The translations under genes were made by a program, and so were the position numbers. The notes under the pieces are model-generated. The model was not told where the DNA came from. It searched no databases and saw only the letters and a program-made list of their open reading frames with translations. A stretch of 64,000 nucleotides of DNA, taken from positions 4,629 through 68,628 of the forward strand of contig JAFGIU010000055.1 of the NCBI GenBank assembly GCA_016929445.1, given 5' to 3'. Source of the stretch: Candidatus Omnitrophota bacterium. GTDB lineage: Bacteria; Omnitrophota; Gorgyraeia; JAFGIU01. Shown piece by piece: positions 19,979 to 30,339 of this stretch. Every line of letters starts with the position of its first letter. Position 1 is the first letter of the stretch.

Positions 19979-22780
19979 CTAGAGGAGTTTGAGCACAAAA
20001 ATCACAAGCTGCGCAGCCACCAACATCAGGATAAGGGCCACAGGATACGCTGCCGCATAGCTCACCACAGGCAGCCCGGAATCGGTCTTGCTTTTGATGG
20101 CCCCAAGAGCCGGGGTGGAAGTCATCCCTCCACAAATCCCTCCCAAGGTCCGCAAGAGATCCATCTTCAGGAAATAGGTGCTGAAAATAAAGCCCGCAAT
20201 CATGGGCACCAGAGTGACGACCGCGCCGACAAGGAAAAGCTGAACACCGTGTACTCCAACGACTTGCATAAACGATCCTCCGGCCCGCACTCCGGCATTG
20301 GCCAGGAAGAAGACAAGCCCGAGCTCCATCAAAAGCATCCGTGCTGCAAAAGGCATCCGCCCGACCACCCTGCCGACGCGGCCGAAGTGTCCCAGCAAGA
20401 GGGCCACAAAAAGCACCCCGCCCGAAAGACCAAAAGTGAAATTGCGCGCACCGGCAATGGAAATCGGCAAAAGTCCCAGGACCACACCCAGAAGCAAGCC
20501 AACGAACAAGGAGACCAGGTCGGTCTCCTGCAGGGCTCGGGCCTTATGACCGCACTCTGCAGCCACCTGCTTGATGCCTTCCGGATCCCCGACCACACGA
20601 ATCACGTCCTGCAGATCGATTTTGTTCTCCATGCGCGGGACAAACTCCACTTCGTTGCGCTTGATCCGGGTTATGGTCACGCCAAAGCGCTTCAGAAGCT
20701 GCAGTTCCCCAAGCATTTTGCCTGCAAATTCCCGGTTGGTGACCACAAGTTCCATCACATCGTAATCGCGGGAATCCTGGACATGGGGCAGATCCACCTT
20801 CTTACCCAAAAACTCGATCACCCCGGCAAGCTCCTTTTCCCGGCCAACCACACGCAAAACCTGCCCCTTTTCAAAACACGTATCGTACTGCACCGGAACC
20901 AGTTGCTCTCCCATAAGCCTCCGGCTGATCCGGCAATGCGTATTGGCAATAAAAGCGCACTCCTCAATGCTCTTGCCCACAATGGATTCATTCGTCACTT
21001 CAACAAGCACCGCTTGGATGCTCTTCCCGCTCTTGCCCGCATCCTCCAATGTGGCGGCAAGCTGATCAAGGTCTTTGCCCAACAAACGAGGAAGAAGTTG
21101 AACAAAAAGCACCACGCCGATTACTCCGAAGGGATAAGCAATACCGTATCCCACCGAAACATTGGTGCCCAAGTCCTTGAGCGTGTCCATGGCCGCGGCT
21201 AAAGCCGGAGTACTCGTCAAACTGCCGGCCAAAATGCCTACGGCCAAATCTGCCGGCACTTTAAAGAGCCAGGCCATCCAAACCGTGCAAAGAGAAGCCG
21301 CCGATACAATAAGAATCGACAGCTTGGCCAAGTTTGCACCCTGTTTCCGGAAAGCCGCAAAAAAGCTGGGTCCTGCGCTGATACCCACACAATAGATAAA
21401 CAAAATGAGACCCAAGGTCCCCACACCCGCAGGAATAGTGAAGTGAAAGTGTCCAAAAAGAAGGGCTGTAAAAAGCACGCCCGAGTTCCCCAAAGAGACC
21501 CCCCAGACCCTGACATTCCCAAGAAGAAGACCCAGGGCCAAAATCCCGAAAAGCGCAATAAACTGGTTGTCGAAAAGAGTCTTCAGAAAAGAAGACTTAA
21601 TTTCCTGAGTGGGCGTTCCGGGTTGCGCCTTCTCAACCACATCAAAAACCCGGTCCGGCGGATACACTGTGGAGATAGCGCCTTTTTCTACCTTCTGAAT
21701 CACGGGGCTCAATGTACATTGCTGCACATAGCCCCCGAACTGAACAAAGGAGATCGATCCCAGCGGAGTCTCGAAGGTTTCTTCCCTCAAGACCTTAGTC
21801 AGAGGCTTCTGGGAGCTGGACGAAAGCTGCAATGCCTCCCCGGCAATCATCAAGGAGGAATAGGCCTGCACATTGTGATACTGGGGATAGACCACAGCGA
21901 GCCCGGCCTTGTACTTATTGAGGAAGCGCTCAGTAAAGCGGCCCACCTCCAAGCTGGGTGCGTCATCCTGCCAGGGATTAAGCAAGAAAACCTCCGCCCC
22001 GCTCTGCGTGGCAAAAGTCCGGAATGCCGGGGTCAGAAATCCTGCCAGAAATCCCACAACCGTGCCTTTACCCTGCATAAAACTCGTCAGTTGCCGGCAA
22101 TCCTCAACTTCGCGGCTAATCATAATCACTATGGGCGACTTCTTTCCGGCTAAAACACTCATTGCCGTGCCCAGATTCCCCTGGGTATATTCCAGAACGT
22201 GGGGCCGCACCTGATTGACCACAAAAGCCTCCTCTAAGGCCGCCTTGGCAGAGTCCGCAAAGGAGGACCGCTCAACGACTATGGTCACATTCAGTGCTTT
22301 GCCATCTTCCCGGCCGAGATGACTCACAAAATCCACGAGTCTTCCTGCAAGAATTCCCGACGGTGTAGCCACGCGAAAGACATTCGCCGCGCCGCTGCGG
22401 GTGAGGTTGTCCTGAGTTGCCGAGGGCAGAATAAGCGGCACACCGGAAACCCGCAGATGCTGAATAACCTCCTCGGATTCATCGCTGCTGTAGGGCCCCA
22501 CAATGAGCTCGGGCTCCCACTTGAGCACCTCGGAGTCGAGAAACCCGGCGATGGAGCCTGAACAGGATCCAATATCAAAATAACGGACTTCCACCTTCAG
22601 GTTCTGCCGCGCAAGATCGACCCTGGCCAACTCATATCCCTGCATCTGCAAGTTCCCATAGGACGCAAAAGGTCCATTCTGAGGAACCAACACGGCAATC
22701 TTGCCGGCAGACTCTTCAGCCAAAGCATTGGAACATGCAGTGGTCAAAAAGATTGAGATAAGTAGGAGTTTTTTAAGCAC
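19979..22780 (-). CDS. Fusion of a LivJ/LivK-like periplasmic binding protein with an AspT/YidE/YbjL antiporter (two TrkA-C domains)
   Basis: Signal peptide plus IAVLVP.GPFA..G, IVGPYSS, FRVA and TPLG.I.F SBP motifs; then SLG.SGVLF, G.LTSTPALAAA, YGIAYPFGV, CGGMTSTPAL and YAAAYP duplicated AspT motifs. Confidence 0.85.
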   Translation of the reverse strand: MLKKLLLISIFLTTACSNALAEESAGKIAVLVPQNGPFASYGNLQMQGYELARVDLARQNLKVEVRYFDIGSCSGSIAGFLDSEVLKWEPELIVGPYSSDESEEVIQHLRVSGVPLILPSATQDNLTRSGAANVFRVATPSGILAGRLVDFVSHLGREDGKALNVTIVVERSSFADSAKAALEEAFVVNQVRPHVLEYTQGNLGTAMSVLAGKKSPIVIMISREVEDCRQLTSFMQGKGTVVGFLAGFLTPAFRTFATQSGAEVFLLNPWQDDAPSLEVGRFTERFLNKYKAGLAVVYPQYHNVQAYSSLMIAGEALQLSSSSQKPLTKVLREETFETPLGSISFVQFGGYVQQCTLSPVIQKVEKGAISTVYPPDRVFDVVEKAQPGTPTQEIKSSFLKTLFDNQFIALFGILALGLLLGNVRVWGVSLGNSGVLFTALLFGHFHFTIPAGVGTLGLILFIYCVGISAGPSFFAAFRKQGANLAKLSILIVSAASLCTVWMAWLFKVPADLAVGILAGSLTSTPALAAAMDTLKDLGTNVSVGYGIAYPFGVIGVVLFVQLLPRLLGKDLDQLAATLEDAGKSGKSIQAVLVEVTNESIVGKSIEECAFIANTHCRISRRLMGEQLVPVQYDTCFEKGQVLRVVGREKELAGVIEFLGKKVDLPHVQDSRDYDVMELVVTNREFAGKMLGELQLLKRFGVTITRIKRNEVEFVPRMENKIDLQDVIRVVGDPEGIKQVAAECGHKARALQETDLVSLFVGLLLGVVLGLLPISIAGARNFTFGLSGGVLFVALLLGHFGRVGRVVGRMPFAARMLLMELGLVFFLANAGVRAGGSFMQVVGVHGVQLFLVGAVVTLVPMIAGFIFSTYFLKMDLLRTLGGICGGMTSTPALGAIKSKTDSGLPVVSYAAAYPVALILMLVAAQLVIFVLKLL

Positions 22781-23433
22781 TACGGCGCTTCACTAATGCC
22801 TTTGAGACGATCGCGTTGCACGATCGTGGTGGATCCCCTCGAGGATTCCACCACTCCCTGCTTCTTCAGGTGACTCAACACACGGATCGTCGTCTCAACC
22901 GTTGTGTTGGTCATGGAGGCCAACTCTTGCTTGGTTAACGGAATTGTCTCCCCGAACTTATCCGACAAGACCAGCAGCGTATAGGCCAGACGCTGCTCTA
23001 CCGGGTCCCCGGCAATACAGCCCTTCTGTTCCATACGCCGGAGACGTCCGCAAAAATTCTCCAATACATCTTGGAGGAAGCGCGGATTCCGATCAAGAAG
23101 AGCCTTGAAGGCTTCCCGGGGAATCCGCACCACCACCGAATCCACTGCTGCCACAGCATCCAATGCAAAGGGCTTCCCGTCCAAGGCCGGCAAACAACAA
23201 AACAGCTCATTCTTGGTCATCAAACAAAGAGTCACCGCGTGCCCATTGTCCATGAACTTCTTCATGTGCACACGGCCCTCTTTGACAAGATGCAGCGCAT
23301 CCGCAGGTTCGCCCGCAAAAAACACGGTCTCACCTTTAGCAAAAAAGCGCTCCCGGGAAGCCGAAGCAAGTTGCTCACGTTCCTCCGGGGAAAGGGACTG
23401 CAGTATATCTACTGTAGCAAGGTATCGTTCCAT
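22780..23433 (-). CDS. Crp/Fnr family transcriptional regulator
   Basis: cNMP-binding-like domain (F.KGE.VF..GEPAD.L.LV.EG.V) and HTH LT.QELASMT.TTVET.IRVLS. Confidence 0.9.
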   Translation of the reverse strand: MERYLATVDILQSLSPEEREQLASASRERFFAKGETVFFAGEPADALHLVKEGRVHMKKFMDNGHAVTLCLMTKNELFCCLPALDGKPFALDAVAAVDSVVVRIPREAFKALLDRNPRFLQDVLENFCGRLRRMEQKGCIAGDPVEQRLAYTLLVLSDKFGETIPLTKQELASMTNTTVETTIRVLSHLKKQGVVESSRGSTTIVQRDRLKGISEAP

Positions 23434-23452
23434 ATTCGTATCGCAATCCTGC

Positions 23453-25576
23453 TTATTCTTGTTCCCGCAGAATGATCCGGGAATCCAGAGCCAGCACACC
23501 TTCTCCTTCCGCAAAGGCTACCAAAGGATTGATGTCCAGTTCTGCGATTTCATCGAGCTCCACCGCCAGTTGGGACACGCGCTTTAGAGCATCCTCAATC
23601 GAGGCAATATCAGCCTTGGCGTCTCCGCGATAGCCTTCCAGAAGCTTGTGGGCTTTGATGGACTCCACCATGCGGGTCGCACCGTGTATCCGGATGGGTG
23701 CCAAGCGGAAGGTCACGTCCTTGAAGACTTCGACAAAGGTTCCGCCCAGACCGAACATCACCATGGGGCCGAAACGCTCGTCCCGCTTCATCCCGATAAT
23801 AACCTCACATCCCTTGGACATAGGCTGCACAGTGACACCGGCGATATCGGCATCTGGGCAATTTTGCTTCACAGCACTCATCATCTTCCCATGGGCCAGT
23901 GCCAGGTGATCGGCATCTTCGATATTGAGGGCCACGCCGCCCACATCCTTCTTGTGCAAGATGTCCTTTGAACTGATCTTGATAACCACGGGATAGCCGC
24001 ATTTCTGGGCCGCAGCCTTGGCGGCATCCAGGTTGGGAGCCAGTACGGACTGTACCACCGGAATTCCGTAGGCGCGGAGGACATCACCGGCCTCCACTTC
24101 CAGGAGGTACTTCCGGCCCTGCTTGCGCGCTTGCGCAATAATGTCCAAAGCCTTTTGCTTGTCCACTTCGTAGTTCTGCACTCCGGTGCGCGGCCGCGTC
24201 AGCCAGCGTTTCGAGTAATTAGACATGGCCGCCAAAGCATGACAGGCCTCCTCCGGGAACTGGTACCGAGGAATCCCGTGCTCCTCGAGCTTCTTGACGC
24301 CCGCAGACACGTCGTGAGCACCCATAAAACACGCAATCACAGGCTTGTGGTGTTTTTTGGATTCTCTGCCAATGGCGTCCCCGATTGCTTCGGTATCCGT
24401 CATGGCCTGAGGTGTCAGAATCACGACCGAACCGTCCACATTGGGATCCTGAAACACCGCGCTCAGAGCGTGCTCATAGCGGTCGCTCTGGGCATCCCCA
24501 ATCACGTCCACCGGATTGTGAAAGTTCGCTGTAGGCGGGAGCCACTTCTTGAGTTCCTCGACCGTACTCGGCTCCAGAGCAGCCAATTCCAAACCACGGC
24601 GCACACAGGCATCCGTGGCCATAATACCCGGGCCTCCTGCGTTCGTGATGATTGCCACGCGGTTGCTCTTAGGCAAAGGCTGCTTGTCAAATGCCACGCC
24701 GTAGCCAAAAAGCTCCTTTACAGAGTCCACCCGCATGACCCCGGACTGAGCGAAAATGGCGTCGTAAACCTCATCCTGGCCGGCCAAAGAACCGGTATGG
24801 GAGGAAGCTGCCTTGGCGCCTGCACTGGTGCGGCCGGATTTGATAGCCAGGATCGGCTTGGGCGTATCGAGCTCTCCGGTAATCTCGCGCGCGATTTCTA
24901 TAAATCCGCGTCCATCCGCCAAGTCCTCCAAATACAGAAGGATGACCTTGGTCTTAGGGTCATCCTTGAGGTAACGCAATAAATCATTCTCTTTGAGGTC
25001 TGCCTTGTTTCCCATACTGATAAATTTAGAGAAACCAATGCCCTCGGCGCGGGCAAAGTCCAGAACAGCTGTGCAGATGGCGCCGCTCTGGGACACAAAG
25101 GCAATGGATCCGTTCAAGGGCATGTGCGTAGCAAAGCTGGCGTTGAGGCGCACGTCGGTATCACCGTTGATCACACCCAGACAGTTGGGGCCGATTAAAG
25201 GGATCCCGTACTTGCGGGCCACTGCCACGGTTTCCTGCTCAAGCCGCTTGCCTTCCTCACCGACCTCTTTGAAGCCGGCACTGATGATAATGGCGGACTT
25301 CACACCCTTCTTGCCACACTCTTCCATGACTGCGGGAGCTACCTTGCTCGGGACAATGATCGTCGCCAAATCCACGGCTTCGGGGATCGCAGAAACGGAT
25401 TCAAAACTGGGGACCCCCAGCACATCCTTGGCCTTAGGATTCACAGGATAAATCTTTCCCTGGAACGGGGCTTCAAGCAGGTTCTGCAACACAGCCTGCC
25501 CCACACTGCCTGCCTTGGTGGATGCTCCGATCACCGCAATAGACTTGGGTGAAAAGAGCGGCTCTAACGACGACAT
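23453..25576 (-). CDS. acdAB: ADP-forming acetate/acyl-CoA ligase (fused alpha-beta)
   Basis: PKSIAVIGAS, IGPNCLG, SQSGA, ASSHTGSLAG (phospho-His), NPVD and ATP-grasp HKKDVGGV..ELDINPL; GGGAGG RBS. Confidence 0.88.
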   Translation of the reverse strand: MSSLEPLFSPKSIAVIGASTKAGSVGQAVLQNLLEAPFQGKIYPVNPKAKDVLGVPSFESVSAIPEAVDLATIIVPSKVAPAVMEECGKKGVKSAIIISAGFKEVGEEGKRLEQETVAVARKYGIPLIGPNCLGVINGDTDVRLNASFATHMPLNGSIAFVSQSGAICTAVLDFARAEGIGFSKFISMGNKADLKENDLLRYLKDDPKTKVILLYLEDLADGRGFIEIAREITGELDTPKPILAIKSGRTSAGAKAASSHTGSLAGQDEVYDAIFAQSGVMRVDSVKELFGYGVAFDKQPLPKSNRVAIITNAGGPGIMATDACVRRGLELAALEPSTVEELKKWLPPTANFHNPVDVIGDAQSDRYEHALSAVFQDPNVDGSVVILTPQAMTDTEAIGDAIGRESKKHHKPVIACFMGAHDVSAGVKKLEEHGIPRYQFPEEACHALAAMSNYSKRWLTRPRTGVQNYEVDKQKALDIIAQARKQGRKYLLEVEAGDVLRAYGIPVVQSVLAPNLDAAKAAAQKCGYPVVIKISSKDILHKKDVGGVALNIEDADHLALAHGKMMSAVKQNCPDADIAGVTVQPMSKGCEVIIGMKRDERFGPMVMFGLGGTFVEVFKDVTFRLAPIRIHGATRMVESIKAHKLLEGYRGDAKADIASIEDALKRVSQLAVELDEIAELDINPLVAFAEGEGVLALDSRIILREQE

Positions 25577-25604
25577 AAGTCCCTCCCTTTTAACATTACT
25601 CAAA

Positions 25605-26117
25605 TTATCTTTCACTAACATCGGTAGCTCTCTCCTTATTCGAACTAGCTATTAGATTTAACAGATCAATGGAGCTAATGATACCTTTAAGTTTCCGGTT
25701 TTTGGTCACGATTACCCGGTGAATATGCTTATCCACCATCAGCCTGGCCACAGAACCCACCGGCGTTGTTTCCGCAACCTCGAAAACCGATGGAGTCATA
25801 ACGTCTGAAACACGCGTGTAGTCCGGCTCCTCAATCTGAAATCCCTCATCCACAAGAGAGGATCTCTGGGTCTGAAGATGGTAACCCGGGACCCGCAAGC
25901 CGGCGCTTCCACGGTCATGGCGCACCAAATCCGTCTCAGAGATGACGCCCACCAGGCCGCCGCGCTCATCCACGACCGGGGCGCCCGTGATGTGGTTCTC
26001 TGTAAACAGGGCCGCCACCTGCCTGAGGGTCCAGGCAGGACCCACGGTGAGGACATCGGTTTGCATAATATCCCTGGCTCGATTTTCTACGGAAATTTCA
26101 GAACTTATTGGTTTCAT
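25605..26117 (-). CDS. CBS domain pair protein
   Basis: ARDIM..V.TV, ITGAPVVD..G.LVGVISETDL, VSDVMT and IHRVIV...GIISSIDL. Confidence 0.88.
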   Translation of the reverse strand: MKPISSEISVENRARDIMQTDVLTVGPAWTLRQVAALFTENHITGAPVVDERGGLVGVISETDLVRHDRGSAGLRVPGYHLQTQRSSLVDEGFQIEEPDYTRVSDVMTPSVFEVAETTPVGSVARLMVDKHIHRVIVTKNRKLKGIISSIDLLNLIASSNKERATDVSER

Positions 26118-26220
26118 TGGACTTTCAGCATTTGATCCGCTAAGACCGCGCCACAGGCGTATTGCCTGGAGTATGGGGCATGTCATAATATAAATCCAAT
26201 GAATCATCCTCAAATATAAT

Positions 26221-26235
26221 ATTAGAAAATCTAAT
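26221..26235. promoter_or_regulatory. Probable LysR autoregulatory box
   Basis: Perfect palindrome ATTAGA-AAA-TCTAAT containing T-N11-A, between TATAAT (26215-26220) and the lysR start codon. Confidence 0.6.
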
Positions 26236-27109
26236 GATACGATCCTTACGCATTTACACAGATCTGGTGGAGACCCAGAGCTTTACCGAGGCCGCGCACC
26301 GCAACTATCTTACCCAGTCTGCGGTGAGCCAGCACCTCAAGGCTTTGGAGGAACGCCTGGGGCATAAGCTCGTGGAGCGGGGCCGGCGCCGCGTCAAGAT
26401 GACGGCAGCCGGAACCCTGGTCTATGAGGCAAGCAAGGAAATCCTCCGGCGCTACGAAGAAATGGAACGCGCGCTCAAGCGCCCCTTTGGGGAGGTTTCA
26501 GGACCGCTCAAGGTGGGCACCATCTATTCAGTGGGACTGCACGAACTCCCGTCCTATATCGCCTCTTACCTGGAGAATTTTCCCGAAGTGGACCTGCAGC
26601 TGATCTACCTGAAAGCCAACGAAGTTTACGACGCCGTTGCCACGGACCGCGTAGACCTCGGCATTGTGGCCTACCCTAAAATCCTGCCTCAATTCGAGAC
26701 CCTAATGTTCAAGAAGGACGAGTTAGTGTTGATCATGAACCGGAAGCATCGCTGGCGTAAACGCAAGAAAGTTTCATTAAAGGATTTGAGTGAGGAGCCT
26801 TACGAGGCGCTGCAGGTGGACATGCCGACTCGCAGGGCCTTGGACGCCCTGTTTCGAGAGGAGGGTATCCGCCCGCCTGTTCTCCACGAGTTCGACAATA
26901 TCGAGGTGCTGAAGAAAGCGGTGGAAGTAGGGCCCGGGGTTTCGATCGTTCCCCGGGCCACCGTAAGTTCTGAGGTGCAAGCCGGCACTCTTATTGTGGT
27001 GGAGCTCACCGAAGGACCCTTTGAGCGGCCTCTGGGGGTGTTGCACCGCAAGCGCGCCGAACTTTCCTTGCCCGCACAAGAGTTTGTGCAGATCTTGCTG
27101 AAACCCTAG
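26234..27109 (+). CDS. LysR family transcriptional regulator
   Basis: SFTEAA....TQSAVSQHLKALEE.LG HTH and substrate-binding domain. Confidence 0.93.
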   Translation: MIRSLRIYTDLVETQSFTEAAHRNYLTQSAVSQHLKALEERLGHKLVERGRRRVKMTAAGTLVYEASKEILRRYEEMERALKRPFGEVSGPLKVGTIYSVGLHELPSYIASYLENFPEVDLQLIYLKANEVYDAVATDRVDLGIVAYPKILPQFETLMFKKDELVLIMNRKHRWRKRKKVSLKDLSEEPYEALQVDMPTRRALDALFREEGIRPPVLHEFDNIEVLKKAVEVGPGVSIVPRATVSSEVQAGTLIVVELTEGPFERPLGVLHRKRAELSLPAQEFVQILLKP

Positions 27110-28875
27110 GCTGCGCATTCTCCCGCGCCCATGCCCTCCAAAGAGAAGTCCGTTTCCGCACCCCAGTCCCGGTGCATAGAAGGATCCTCTTCATAGGACG
27201 GCAAGGTGGTGAACTCCTCCAGTTTCTCTTTCCAGAAGTCCTTGCCCACCCGCTCGACAAAACGGTTGAAGGACTCGTCTTCGGCCTCGCGCTCCTGGCG
27301 GAAGAGTTCCAGAATACGCTGCACGGCCCCGGGTACGCGCCGCGCAGGGAAACGCATCGTCGGTTTCCCAAAAATGGCCACACCTTCACCGGTTTGGCCC
27401 CCAAGCAACATCTGGAAATGCGGCACCAGGCGGCCGTCGATCTTTCGGGAGCCACCGAGGAACCCGATATTCGCTATGTGGTGCTGGCCGCAGGAATTCG
27501 GACAACCGCTTACCTTAATGCGAATGGTGTCCAGGTCTTCGCCCTGCAAACCGGATCTTTCCAGGGCCTGTTCAAGGGCCCGGGCTAAACCGCGGCTGGC
27601 TGCAATCCCCAGTTGGCAAGTTTCAGCCCCCGGACAAGAAGTAACGTCCAGAAGCCTCTCTGCCTCGGTGTCTGCAAGGCCTGCGCTTACCAAGGCTTCG
27701 TACAAGGCACCGAGATGCTCTTTCCGAATCCAGCGCAGCACCAAGTTCTGGCTAATCGCCGTGCGCAGGCGGCCACCGCAAAACCGCCGCACGATTTGTG
27801 CCAACTGCCTTGCCTGCTTTGAATTGATATCCCCCAGATGCAAACGGATCAGCACCATGGAGTAGCCGTCCTGTTTTTGGGGCACCACATTGGTCTGCAG
27901 CCAACGATAAAAGACCGGAGTATCGGGAGTGAGCTCTGGGATTTCCTTTGCAGCAGAAGGAGCCTGCTCTTCCGGGGCTTCCGCGATAGCAGCGAATTTC
28001 GAGACATCCAAAGATGCTCGCTCTTTAAACACTTCTGCGCGAAAGGCCTCGTCTCCCATCTTTTTGACGAGAAACTTCAGGCGGGCGGCCGCGCGATTCT
28101 TTCGTTCCCCTAAGCGGTCATGCACCCTCACGACTGCCTCACAGGTTCGCAGAAGGTCGGACACCGGAGTGAAGGGTTCCAGAAGGACGGCCTGACGGGG
28201 CACAGTGCCGAGCCCGCCGCCGCAGTACAACCGAAAACCGCGCACCGCCTTGCCATTCACATCTTGAATAGCCGCAACTCCACCGATATCGTGAATCGAC
28301 GTGCGCGCATGGTCCGCGGGGCTGCCCTCAAATGCCATCTTAAACTTGCGCGGCAGCTTTTGACTGGCAGGATGCCGCAAAAAATGATGGGTCACCGCTT
28401 CCACATACGGAGTCACATCAAAGAGCTCGTTGGGGTCAGTGCCTGCGTAGGGGGAACCCGTCACATTGCGCACACTGTTGCCGCAAGCTTCGCGGGTGGT
28501 TAGTCCGGCGCGCGCCAGAGCCGCAGTGACCTGGGGAATTTCCTTTACGGGAATCCAATAGAGTTGCACATCTTGGCGGGTCGTTATGTGGCTGATGCCT
28601 TTGGAGTATTTGTCGGCCACGTCTGCCAAGACCTCGAGCTGATCTGCATTCAAAAGCCCTCCCGGCACCTTCACGCGTAACATCTGGATATCGGAGAGAC
28701 CGCGAATGCCGTAAGTCCCCTGCATGAGGCGCCGCGCTTTAAACTCATCCGGGGTAATCTCACCCAGAAAATACTGTTCGATCATTTTCCGGAGTTCCTC
28801 GATTTCAGATTTCTCGAGCTCCGGTAAGCCTTGAAGCACTTCCTCCAAACGTTTCTCCAGCAAATTTTCTGCCAT
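27106..28875 (-). CDS. Ferredoxin-dependent sulfite/nitrite reductase (siroheme-[4Fe-4S])
   Basis: MLRVKVPGG, HITTRQDVQ, LPRKFK, SCPG..TC and KVSGCPNSCGQH. Confidence 0.9.
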   Translation of the reverse strand: MAENLLEKRLEEVLQGLPELEKSEIEELRKMIEQYFLGEITPDEFKARRLMQGTYGIRGLSDIQMLRVKVPGGLLNADQLEVLADVADKYSKGISHITTRQDVQLYWIPVKEIPQVTAALARAGLTTREACGNSVRNVTGSPYAGTDPNELFDVTPYVEAVTHHFLRHPASQKLPRKFKMAFEGSPADHARTSIHDIGGVAAIQDVNGKAVRGFRLYCGGGLGTVPRQAVLLEPFTPVSDLLRTCEAVVRVHDRLGERKNRAAARLKFLVKKMGDEAFRAEVFKERASLDVSKFAAIAEAPEEQAPSAAKEIPELTPDTPVFYRWLQTNVVPQKQDGYSMVLIRLHLGDINSKQARQLAQIVRRFCGGRLRTAISQNLVLRWIRKEHLGALYEALVSAGLADTEAERLLDVTSCPGAETCQLGIAASRGLARALEQALERSGLQGEDLDTIRIKVSGCPNSCGQHHIANIGFLGGSRKIDGRLVPHFQMLLGGQTGEGVAIFGKPTMRFPARRVPGAVQRILELFRQEREAEDESFNRFVERVGKDFWKEKLEEFTTLPSYEEDPSMHRDWGAETDFSLEGMGAGECAA

Positions 28876-30329
28876 TAAGGCCTCCCAATTCCCATTTCAC
28901 ACAAACTCATCTGTTGTATCAACTCCTCGGCAGCCTTTTCCGCATGCCCCACGCAATCCGGCACACCTCCGCCCCGGTAGGCGCTGCCTGTCAAAACCAA
29001 TCCAGGGTGCAAAGCCGCAAGCTTCTCGATGCGGTCCACCCGCTCCAAATGTCCCACGTGGTACTGAGGCATGGATCCGGGCCAACGCGCCACGCGCGTC
29101 ATTAAGGGTTGGGCTTTGAGACCCAGAATCTCCTTGAGCTCGGCACAGACGAGGCTCACCATCTCCTTGTCATCGAGATCACAGATCCCTTCGTCCCCGG
29201 CGCCCCCGAGATAGGCCCTCAGCAGTGCTTGGCCTGCGGGAGCGCGGCCCTCAAACTTTATACTGGAAAAACTCACTCCCACCAGGCGCTTTCCTTCCAC
29301 ACGCGGGATGACAAACCCGAAGCCATCCAAGGGATGGGCGATATCGTTTCGATCGAAAACCAGGTTAACGGTCGCCACCGAAGCGTACGGAATACCTTCG
29401 AGTTCCGCGGAAAGCGCGGTATCCAGCGGGGCGAGGAGTTCAGCCGCGCGCACGGAAGGCACGGCCAGGCAAACGGCATCCGCTTCGAACTCCTCTCCGG
29501 TATCCGTTGCCGCAATCCAGCGCTCTTGGGTGTTCCGGCGCAAGGACTGCACGCGCGTCCCGGTTCTGAAATCCGCGCTCGGAAGGCGCTGCACCAGAGT
29601 CTTGACCAAAAGATCCAAACCGTTTCTGAGAGAGACAAACATGCTGTAACGCGGGCCGCTCGCTTCCTTTGTCTGATCCTGCTGGGCCTTACCCCTGGCT
29701 GCAAGGGCGCGGATCAAACTGCCGTGCTCCTGTTCCATTTGCTCCAAGTGCGGGAAGGTCGCGCGCAGGCTCAGTTTTTCCGGATCCGCGGAATAGATGC
29801 CCGCAATCATGGGTTGGGCAATGCGCTTGAGCGCTCCAGAGCCTAAACGCCGGCGCACAAAAGAGGCCACGCTCTCGTCCTTATGCTTTTGGCGCTTGGA
29901 GCGGCGCGGGATAAAGAGATCGCAACCCATACGCAGTTTGCTAAGCCAGCCGACAAAGGGCAAACGAATGAGCGTCTTTATTTCCGTGGGGGCTAACAGA
30001 TAGAAACCTTTGGGCACAGGCTGGAGACGGCCCCGGTTCAGAATAAAGCTGCGCTGGTTCTCAGGATTAGTTTGCAGAAGCTCCCCGCGCAGACTCAGAC
30101 GCCGGCACAATTCCAGGGCCTGGGGTTTGATCGAAATAAAAGAATCCGGCCCGGCCTCCATGAGCAGACCCTTTTCCCGAAAGCTTTGGATTACCCCGCC
30201 GAGCTGACCGCGCTCCTCCAAAAGAGTAATCTTGAGTGGAAGCCCGGATTGCCGGCTCAGTTCATCCAGGCGATGGGCAAAGGCCAGCCCCGAAATCCCA
30301 CCCCCGATGATTAAGATATGTGTACTCAT
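28875..30329 (-). CDS. hemY: Protoporphyrinogen/coproporphyrinogen oxidase (HemY/CgoX)
   Basis: IIGGGISGL, EAGPDSF, GFGFVIP, MPQYHVGH and G..YRG.GVPDC. Confidence 0.9.
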   Translation of the reverse strand: MSTHILIIGGGISGLAFAHRLDELSRQSGLPLKITLLEERGQLGGVIQSFREKGLLMEAGPDSFISIKPQALELCRRLSLRGELLQTNPENQRSFILNRGRLQPVPKGFYLLAPTEIKTLIRLPFVGWLSKLRMGCDLFIPRRSKRQKHKDESVASFVRRRLGSGALKRIAQPMIAGIYSADPEKLSLRATFPHLEQMEQEHGSLIRALAARGKAQQDQTKEASGPRYSMFVSLRNGLDLLVKTLVQRLPSADFRTGTRVQSLRRNTQERWIAATDTGEEFEADAVCLAVPSVRAAELLAPLDTALSAELEGIPYASVATVNLVFDRNDIAHPLDGFGFVIPRVEGKRLVGVSFSSIKFEGRAPAGQALLRAYLGGAGDEGICDLDDKEMVSLVCAELKEILGLKAQPLMTRVARWPGSMPQYHVGHLERVDRIEKLAALHPGLVLTGSAYRGGGVPDCVGHAEKAAEELIQQMSLCEMGIGRP

Positions 30330-30339
30330 AATTCATCCC

